A DNA stretch of 64,000 bases from Eledone cirrhosa (lineage: Eukaryota). The notes beneath the pieces were generated by a model that saw only the letters and a program-made list of their open reading frames with translations, was not told the origin of the DNA and searched no databases. The stretch's first letter is position 1. Every line of letters starts with the position of its first letter. Positions 54,583-64,000 of this stretch are shown here, in pieces. The stretch is taken from assembly GCA_964016885.1 (NCBI GenBank), contig OZ024740.1, positions 238,514,001-238,578,000 of the forward strand. The letters are read 5' to 3'. The translations under genes and the position numbers were made by a program.

Positions 54583-57500
54583 GTGAAAAGCCAGATACTA
54601 GCTATGGGCAGAAGCAGAAACTACTAGAAGGTTGTGTCTGATGATATAAACACATTTGATGTCAGTGACAACAGGATGGATGTACTTATTGAAAGAAAAT
54701 AAGAAGAGAGCCAATATTAACAGATGGTAGATTATCATTTTTATAGTAATAAAGTTTCAAAATGTCATTTAGGAACACAGAAATATAGTAAAGGAATGAG
54801 TAACAGGCTCACAAAAAGCTGCTTACAAGGTGACAATGTTATTAATCACATTAAGAATACCTGCCATTCCTTCTTAAATTAGGTACTATAAATGTTATAT
54901 TTTTTCCTCTGCTCTTTAACTGTACTAGTTCGTCTCTTGCTTCATAAATGCCTCATCACTTTGACCATAAACTCGGGCACGACAGCCTGCAACATTGAGG
55001 AGTGGAAAATAGCTAAGTACTGGGATTTAACCGTCAGCTTCCTTTTCATGTTGCTTGTTATTGGGACCTCCAGTGTCCTCTGTAAAATTGGGAGGAGTGC
55101 ATCCTGCTTTCAGAAGATGCCTTCATGAAGTAGAATGGCTGATGAAGCAGGTGTTACTGGTCGTTTTCTATGCCAATGCATGGCCACCTTGTCAATGGGG
55201 TGCAGCTGAGATATACAGCCCAAGCAAGAGTGTAAAGTCTGCCCCCTCTTTCACTTTTTTCCATCATATAATTTTTCTCTCCCATGCCCAGCTTTTTTGT
55301 TTTATCTTTCTTCTTGTTTTTTATTTTAATCCTTTTGTATTCTTAAATACTTTTATTATTGTATATTTGTAAGCCATTTAGCAAGAGAAAGCTAAGCTAC
55401 TTTACTAATTTTCAATATTGTGATGTCTCGTATCTTGATTTGATGTTGGTAATGAGAAATAACCCTGTGAATATGAAAAAAATTATAAATTCTCAATACA
55501 TATATATTTCTGTCTTGTATTGGTATAAATAATGACTAATATCATTTATGTTTAATTGATAAATATGTTTGAATATAAGAATTGAATGGATACATAAATT
55601 TATACAATCTTTAAAAGAAGTTTGTATCTCACCTGTTTAAAAAAATAGTTTTAAAACTTGATTGAAAATAAAGAGAAAACAGAGTGCAAGATGCAGAGAA
55701 GATAGCAGGCAGGCATGAAAAGCAGAAGCAATTAAGTGGAATGAGAAATATTGTGTGAAGTATATAAGACAACATATGTGTTAATGAATACAAAAACAAG
55801 CAGAAATAATAACATTCAGTGAATTTGCCATGGTTATATGCAGGGACAGAGATGGACTACTACTTCAAAAGAAAATGTGATTAAATCTCCCATTTTTCAC
55901 TAATAACACTGCTGTCGTATCACTTATAATCACAATCTACAATAACTACACTACCATCATCAGTCTGTCAATTCCCCAATTTAAGACAAAATGATCCCTT
56001 TATAGAACATTGGAAACATTTTCATTTATATGTTTCTCAATATATGTGGTGAATCATTTCACAAATTAAGTTATTTGCATGAATTATTAAATGGTTATTG
56101 GAAGGACATCCAGCTGTAGAAAAATTGCTGCACAAAAGGTTGGGAGGACTCTTCAGCTGTGTCATAGACATGACAATTTCCCTAGTGTTAGTGTCACAAT
56201 AAAATGCACTTGGTAGTGCAGGATTGTATGTTGGACCCCTGTCCTACCCAAAGGTCAGAAGCTCCACCTGCATAATGACCAGGCTATGACAACATGTCCA
56301 ACCATTGCTAGCAGGGAAAATGAATGTTCGATGATGATGGAATTAAAGCAGGTATTTTCATAGCAGCAAGCTATCCCTTATACAAATGGCTAGATTATAG
56401 GATTGTACTTATTTTTAAGGAGTTAAGTAAAATCATATAACTTGTACAGCACCTTTATATCTAAACTTCTGTATATCAATATTTAAAAAAAATATCTAAA
56501 AAAGTATAACTATAAATTTATATAAACAGCAGAAATGTATTTGTATGAAGGATAATAACTGTTATCTGAAATTATTACAAAAATACCCATTTGCTAATTT
56601 CACAGCCTATATATATATATATGACGATTTTACACTTTATAAAATATATTTCGATTTTTTTTTCATCTAACTAAAAAATCAGTTTTTGTAAGGAAGAAGT
56701 ACATTTTAATCAAGCTCATGTTTACAGGGATTTATTTTATTGACTCTGTAGAGATGAAAGAAAAGAAAAAACTGCCTTCAATGAGTTTTGAACTGACAAC
56801 AGTGAGGTACTGAATTGTTGTAAAACTCATTCAAGTATTTTTTTAGTTTCATTCACTTTCACCTTCACTGCCTTTAAAAAACCAAATATTATTTGAAAAC
56901 AAAGTATGAGTTGAGGGAGAGCAATGTATAGGATTGATTAGAGAAAGTTAGAAAATTGTAAAAACCATTTCAAATTTGTAAGTGGAATTATAAATGTAAC
57001 ATATATCCTGCTCCTCCTCATCAAGACCATCACCACAACCATCATCATCATTGTTTTACATTTGTTTTTTGTTATACTAGCATGCATGTATATGTGTTTT
57101 AAGTTAGATGGCAGAAAAGCTGAAAACAAGGGGTTTGTCAATGTTCTATGACATGAGGATCAGAAGTGTGAGACATTCTGGATTACAAGGCAGTGTCTCA
57201 GTGTGAACCAAGATGTTGAGGAAAGGTATTTCAGGAATGACTCGGCATATTTAGCCTGACTGAAGTTCTGAAGAAAGAGGCATGGAAATGTTGTTGGTAG
57301 GTTATTAAATGTGGAGAACGAATGGGAATGAGAGGGACTATCTCCAGAAGACCTAACATAGAGACCAGTTATTGAGGCTGACACATTATATGGTTAACGA
57401 GGCCATGAGGATATGAAGCAAGGAACAGCCACAGGGCTATCTGGGATAATTACAGAGATACCGAAAATATCTGGCGAAGTAGGACTTGAGCTGTCACATG

Positions 57501-57980
57501 CATGGTCAATCAGGTAATACATGACAATGTCATACCAAATGATCAATGTAGCAGTATAATCATAAATTGTTATAAAGAAAAGATCCTCTACACAGCAGCT
57601 ACTACAGAGGCATAAAACTGATGTTCAGGTTATGAAAGCAATAGAGAGAGTTTTAGTACAAGTGATTAGGAATAAAATTAGTTTGGATTTGTGCCAGGAT
57701 GGAGATCAACCAGCATCCATTTCTCAATCAGGCAACAGCAAATTTCTAGTTAAGAGCAAACAACTATACTTAACATTTGTTGATTTAGAGAAGGGCTTTG
57801 ACAGAATATCATGCTCTTTAGTCTGGTGTACTTCAAGAAAACTAGGCATAGATGAATGACTTCAGAGAAGTGCAACTGAGTTGCTGTCAATAAAGTGAAA
57901 GTTGGCATTGGTTTCAGTGAAGAATTTAGTGTGGATGCCGATATGGATCAATGTTCAGTTCTCAGCTATACCCTTTAAAT

Positions 57981-58275
57981 CAGCGGTCACCAACTTTTCG
58001 AACCTCATGGACCACTAAATTCATAATTTTAAATCCTGCAGACCACTAATATGAATTTCTTTAAAAAGATAAATAAATTTGTAAAATAATGATCAGAGAA
58101 CTTCCATTTTGTCAAACAATACTGAAGTGTATGTGTGTCATATTGTCAGCAGATGATACATGTGTAAAATTCTTTCATGGATGTTAGTTCTTTACAGAGG
58201 AGAAACATTTAAAAAATATATTTTAAAATACATTATAAAATATATTTTAACCAAGTATTATTTTTGTTTTATTAC
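57981..58275 (+). mobile_element. hAT (Charlie-type) transposon left end
   Basis: Starts CAGCGGTCACCAACTTTT, with GGACCACTAA subterminal repeats. Confidence 0.65.
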
Positions 58276-58276
58276 T

Positions 58277-59020
58277 AACTAGCAGCAGTACCCAGCGTTG
58301 CCTGGGTAGGTAAAATGATATCTGCTTTGATGAAAAGGTGTTGATTTTAGCGACTGCTTCTCGATGACTCATCTATGGCCACACACAGGCTATGCGGGGA
58401 GGGTGGTGATGACCTCTATCACTGAGAAACGCGGTTGACTGACGAAGAGGCATGCTGGGGGAGGGAGGTAATGACCTCCAACACTAAGCCAAATTTCCTC
58501 ACGCTACTTGATTGGAAACCGATGAATTCTCAAATACACAACTAAAAGCTCAGACGACGTCAGTGGCCATCGTTTTGCCTTTGACCATCTATAAGATGTG
58601 CAATGACAGGTTCTATCATAGTATAAAAGTTGAATGAAATAAATTGATTTATGTGTGAGGTGGAGCCGAAGTTTCAAATTTGAACGAAATCGGCTGAAAA
58701 ATGTGGGAGCTAGAGCTGAATTTTCGAATATTTAAGTGGCTGCCACGCCGTTCCTGAACAAAAAATCCAAAATGTAAAGCCACTTTAAGACGTGAAATAA
58801 TAAGATCTCGCGTAGTGTAAAATTTAAACAAAGTAGGTTGATTAATGTGGGAGCTAGAGCCAATAAAGTGGAAATCTGAGTCTAAAAGTGGTATTTTTGA
58901 ATATTTAAGCGGCTGCCACGCCGTCCCTGAACAACAAATGCAAAATATAAAATTTGAACGAAATCGGTGGCAAAATGTGGGAGCTAGAGACAATCGGTGG
59001 CAAAATGGGAGAGCAAAACC
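58277..59020 (+). mobile_element. Helentron/DINE-1-like non-autonomous element
   Basis: AACTAG followed by the subterminal hairpin ACCCAG-CGTTGC-CTGGGT; internal repeats AAATTTGAACGAAATCGG..AATGTGGGAGCTAGAG. Confidence 0.55.
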
Positions 59021-59486
59021 TAGAATCAAGAAGGCTCAGAGTAATCTGCAGTGCATAGGAGAGAAGGTTGCACCGGTATGAACATGTAATGCTTGTGGAT
59101 GATTGTTGGTTAAAGAAGTACCAAGAGTTCCAAGTAGGAGGAGGACATGGAAGAGGAAGACCAAGAGAGACGACATGAGCAGAGATGGTGAAAGTCAATC
59201 TCAAGAAACTGAGTCTCACGAAGGAGATGACTAAGAAAAAAAAATAAGTGGAGTAATGCAATATTAGAAAGGACTTGTTTAACCCATGTCAGCATGAAAA
59301 TACAGATGTAAAAACAATGTTGATGATTATTATGCTGATATACACATGTATGTTTGTTTCTATACACATATATGCATATGCAAATAAAAATAAACTAAAT
59401 GTTAGGCTAATAAAAAGAAGAGGGCTGTTAATATAAAAGCTGTTAATAAAACCACTCCTGAACATTCTGCTCCATTTTGTTCTCAC

Positions 59487-59639
59487 CTTTATCTTATCCA
59501 AAAGTTTTAAATTTTCATCATTTGATTTTGTTAAACGTGTTTGTAAAGTAACCTTCTCAGCCTGCACTGCTTGAACTTGATTATTGAGAGCAAGCAATTT
59601 TTCTTCTGAACCCGAAGTCTCATCCATGCTGTCAGACTT
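59487..59639 (-). CDS. USO1: USO1/p115 coiled-coil exon
   Basis: ttgcag|KSDSMDETSGSEEKLLALNNQVQAVQAEKVTLQTRLTKSNDENLKLLDKIK|gtgaga; 153 nt, phase 0, joins in frame to 53277. Confidence 0.82.
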
Positions 59640-61140
59640 CTGCAATGATATTTGGAACTGGAGGTGGAGCCAATGCAGGCAGCAACAAACAAACATGGCA
59701 TGTAGACAAGATCAAGAATTGAAGAAGAGACATGAGCTTCCTAACCATGTACAATGAAGGGAAAGAGGGTAGTGGGGGAAGGCATATGAGAGTGAAGACA
59801 TTAGCAACATTTACAGATACATGCATTCTAGAGCATTTCTAGCATACATGCAAACTGAAAAATTAATTATATACAATTGTTGTCTACAATATTCAATCAA
59901 AAACATACATTCACTAGCAATATTTTTATATGAATTTCAGCAATATTTAATTTTCTATGCATGTAAATATTTGAATGTATGTCTGTGTGTACATATGTAT
60001 CATTATCATATATATATGCTTAAGTACTGACCAGTCTATGATGACATGTCTAACCCTTGCTAGCAGGGAATGTGAACATTAAATGAGCAAAAAAACAAAC
60101 TATACACATATACTAGATTGACTGAACCAACAAGAATGTGTGCTTGTACCTATGACACAGTGACAATATATGAACTATTAAGCTTTTTCAATCAGTAGTT
60201 GAATAATCTTTTGACTCTGACACCAGACACAATCTGCTGGTCTGATTGTTAAAAGAAAGGTTTCCTCTTGGTTAAGCACCTGTTCTCTTTTAAATAAAAT
60301 CACTTGATCAACAGGATGGCCCTTCTTATTAATTGTATTTTTATATTCTGACCTATTTTTTTTTATAGGTTTCAATCATTAGACAAGGGATATGCTGGTT
60401 GATCATATTAACCAGAGTACATATTATTTTCATGTCTGGTACTTATGTTATCAATGCTTTTGTTGAACTACTAATAAGCAGGATATAAGCAAACAGTAAA
60501 TATAAACATAGACACAGACATGCATATATATATATATATATGTTCCATGTTCTGGTATGATTTCTATGTTGGATACCCTTCCTAAAGCCAATCACTCTGC
60601 AGAGTGTATTGAGTGCATTTTATCGTGACTAAACACACACACACACATATATATAACTCACAAGATGTTATGCAGTGGAGCTGAACTCGAAACCACATGG
60701 TTGTGAAGTAAATTCTTTAACCATACGGTTATGCCTACACCTTTATTCAAACTTTTAAAAGTTGATATGCCAGTCTTTATGGCAACCTCTATGACAAACA
60801 AGCTAAAAAGCAAAACATTTTCAAACTGGACTCCACAAGCCTAAACTGTCACATCCCACTTTATGGCACATGTGATGTAGTGAACTTGAGCTTTTTCAAC
60901 TATGTATCAATATCATCATCATCGTTTAACGTCTATCTTCCATGCTAGCATGGGTTTAGACGGGAATTGTCCCACGTGAGGCAAGATTAGTTGAATATAT
61001 ACGTATATATATACACATACACAACTACTGACATAATTACAGATATATATATATATAAAAAGTAAACAAAAATAACAAACCAAATGACACAGTACAATGA
61101 TGAAATATATTAGTTTAACGCTTGAAATAATAGGAAAAGA

Positions 61141-61177
61141 GTATTAACATTTCGGACACTCGTCCTTCATCAGAAGA
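61141..61177 (-). ncRNA. Minimal hammerhead-like motif (PLE type), probably degenerate
   Basis: Minus strand CTGATGA-A-GGAC-GAGT-GTCC-GAAA-TGTTA; stem I is weak. Confidence 0.5.
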
Positions 61178-61324
61178 TAGAATTAGAAATAAAAAATGAA
61201 AGAGAAAGAGAGAGAAGAGGAAGGAATGGAAAAGAAAATTGAGAAATAAAACACTCGTGCATATTCAGTCAGTCATATATATATGGAGGAAGTTATAGTT
61301 CACTTGAAGCATTGTGTAATGAGG

Positions 61325-61463
61325 TATAAATGTTTGTATTTGTAAAGCCAAAACAATGCAGGTATGGACATAGAATATAAATGCAAATTCAAAAGATATT
61401 GTTGACAATTAGTCTTTTACTTTAAATTTATTTAAATGTCCTTAATTTTCGAGATAATATCTC
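61325..61463 (-). repeat. Inverted copy of the Penelope 3' terminal repeat
   Basis: Reverse complement of 63756-63894 with few mismatches. Confidence 0.92.
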
Positions 61464-61580
61464 GGCACTACCATGCTATTAGCTGTTAGTCGTGAAAGCA
61501 GGCGAAGGTGACGTCATTCGTCAACCTTCTCAATCGTAAAGCATCGTTTATTTCCGTATTACCACGCCCCCTTTTTTTTA

Positions 61581-62703
61581 ATTAAAGCATATAGATGTAA
61601 GTGGAGTTACTTAAATGAAATTTCTTTATTTTTTTTCACGTGTTTTTTAAAATTTTTTTTTTATTAAAGCATCTAGATGTTACTTAAATGAAATTTTTTA
61701 TTTTTTTTTTATTTTTATTAAAGCATATCGATGTTAGTGGAGTTACTTAAATGAAAATATAGGTGGCCCTTAAAAGAGCCAAATTAGAAAACAAATTTAA
61801 GTTAATTAGAAAACAAGTCATGGTTATCAAATAAATTGGATTTAATCATTTATATTTTCATAGTCATGGTTATCAATGTAGAAAACAAGTCATTTTCACC
61901 AACAGTGGAATTACTTCTGACAGCTAATACCATGAACTTAAATGAATTTTCACCAACAGTGGAGTTACTTCTGACAGCTAATACCATGAACTACATTTTC
62001 ATAGTCATGGTTATCATTTTCACCAACAGTGGAGTTAACTTAAATGAAAACATAGGTGGCCCTTAAAAGGGCCAAATTAGAAAACAAATATATGGCTATC
62101 AAATTTTTTTCACCAACCCTATACATTTATGAAGAAATGTTTAGAAAACAAATTTTTTCACCAACCTTATTCAAAAGCATGGATACAGTCCACATGGAGA
62201 CAAGAGACAGTCCCCATGGAGACAAGAGACAGTCCCCATGGAGATTAATGGTATCTGCTGTAGTAGCGGTAGTGATGGAAAAATGCGTGTATTATTACAA
62301 AGTGAAGATTAAAGTTTATTTATTTACACGTGGTGTTAGTAGGGATTGTCTCCATGGGGACTGTATCTATGCTTTTGAATAGGGTTGGTGAAAAAAATTT
62401 GATAACCATATATTTGTTTTCTAATATAGGTGGCCCTTAAAAGGGCCACCTATATTTTCATTTAAGTTAACTCCACTGTTGGTGAAAATGATAACCATGA
62501 CTATGAAAATATAAATGATTAAATCCAATTTATTTGATAACCATGACTTGTTTTCTAATTAACTTAAATTTGTTTTCTAATTTGGCCCTTTTAAGGGCCA
62601 CCTATATTTTCATTTAAGTAACTCCATTTACATCGATATACTTTAATAAAAAAAAAAAAAAAATTTCATTTAAGTAACTCCACTTACATCGATATGCTTT
62701 AAT
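61581..62703. repeat. ~1.1-kb foldback built from internally repeated modules
   Basis: ATTAAAGCAT..GGAGTTACTTAAATGAAA on the left is mirrored at 62640-62703; arms continue inward to ~62245/62345. Confidence 0.9.
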
Positions 62704-63894
62704 AGAAAAAAGCCACCAGCAGGGACCTGTTTGTACATTTCAGATCGGCCCTCCCAGCCGGTGCTAAGTTTGGATACATAAGGAACGAACTAACACGTAT
62801 CCGGAACAAATGCACCGACGCTAGAGACCAAGACACACACACCACACATTTCCTGGAAGTACTCAAACTGAACGGATACCCGACATCCACCACGAACCGT
62901 GCCAGAACGAACAGAGGACACCACACCCGAGGCACTAACACCTGCTTCCTGAAACTCCCACAGCCATCCGCAGAGCTATCAGATGAGAGGGACTAGATAT
63001 CCAACTAGCCCACTCAGGTCCTTCTCTACGCGGACAGCTAACCAAAAGACACTCCACCAGACATGACAGCCACTGCAGACTAGCCAACTGCCCCATCAAC
63101 GACACAGACCTATGCCACCAGGCTTATGTCATATACAGACTAGAGTGCGACAAATGCAGCAACTTCTACGTAGGTAGCACCACCAGACCACTTCACATAA
63201 GAATAAAAGAACACCTCAATACTAACGCTTCCTCATTTAAGAAACACCTAGTGAAATGCAAAAACACCGACAAAACCATAACAGTTAGGATAGAAACTAA
63301 GGAAAGAAACCTCGGCAATCTTAGAATTAAGGAAGCACTGATTATAGACAAAACACAACCACCAATTAATAATAGACTAGAACTCAACACCCAATTTATA
63401 ACTTGATAGAGCATCTAGCCCCATACTTCAACCCTCCTACCACACGCACGCACACACGCTTACACCTCCACTTATTCTCTCTCACACACACAAAGACCAG
63501 TTCTAACACGAGAGAGCATCTATCCCTCACATTTACGTATAGACATATCTTCTTACACTCACACCTTCACATATTCTCCCACACACTTAAACATACATGT
63601 ACAAAACTCCTTTTAAAGGGAGGCTATTCTTTATCCACCTAACCTTCACTCTTTGACATTAGAGATAGAACAGATACTCTATACCATTTTCTGTCAGCAT
63701 GACTTGGCAAGCTATTTAGAACACTGGTTTAACCGCTTTACTTCCATCTGAAGAAGAGATATTATCTCGAAAATTAAGGACATTTAAATAAATTTAAGGT
63801 AAAAGACTAATTGTCAACAATATCTTTTGCATTTGCATTTATATTCTATGTCCATACCTGCATTGTTTTGGCTTTACAAATACAAACGTTTATA
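62703..63894 (+). mobile_element. 5'-truncated Penelope-like element (RT thumb + GIY-YIG endonuclease + 3' pLTR)
   Basis: DLFVHFRSALP...VLKLNGYP; YVIYRLECDKCSNFYVGSTTRPLHIRIKEH...LRIKEALII..QPPINNR, stop at 63404-63406. Confidence 0.92.
63742..63782 (+). ncRNA. Ultra-minimal hammerhead motif in the Penelope pLTR
   Basis: CTGAAGA-A-GAGAT-ATT-ATCTC-GAAA-ATTA-AGGA; position matches that of known PLE hammerheads. Confidence 0.6.
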
Positions 63895-64000
63895 TATATA
63901 TATATAGGCAATATCAACATGATTCTGTGGTATATATAACATTTATGGCATCTAATTTTATGAAAACACTTTTACTACTCCTATTTGCTGTGTAATATGA

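Larger units (their letters stand above)
57090..59335 (+). mobile_element. Degraded RTE LINE (57090-57975, resumes 59030-59335) interrupted by nested DNA elements
   Basis: QLYLTFVDLEKGFDRI..RKLGIDE before the break; GRGRPRET and the (GAT)n-type tail after it. Confidence 0.75.

Overview
AT-rich animal genomic DNA, most likely an octopus-like cephalopod (inferred from tRNA-headed SINEs with RTE-derived (GAT)n tails and abundant (TA)n tracts). The only host gene is the 3' end of USO1/p115 on the minus strand: three phase-0 exons at 59487-59639, 53119-53277 and 52470-52610. The rest is repeat-derived: a 4.5-kb G-rich 34-bp satellite, a Tx1/L1 element inside a (TATC)n tract, a near-intact RTE LINE with a PHD finger inside its RT, a mariner relic, MITEs, SINEs, a Helentron-like element and a Penelope-like element. 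Three features stand out. (i) Seven type I hammerhead-ribozyme-like motifs (three with complete cores, four variant or degenerate), one in a 703-bp retrozyme-like unit with terminal direct repeats and a branched stem II. (ii) An 11.5-kb mirror-symmetric RTE-tail/CR1-LINE arrangement within a strand-polarised (TA)nCA array. (iii) A 1.1-kb foldback with four histone-mRNA-type stem-loops, enclosed by Penelope inverted repeats in a USO1 intron. All calls are from reading the sequence; no database searches were run.
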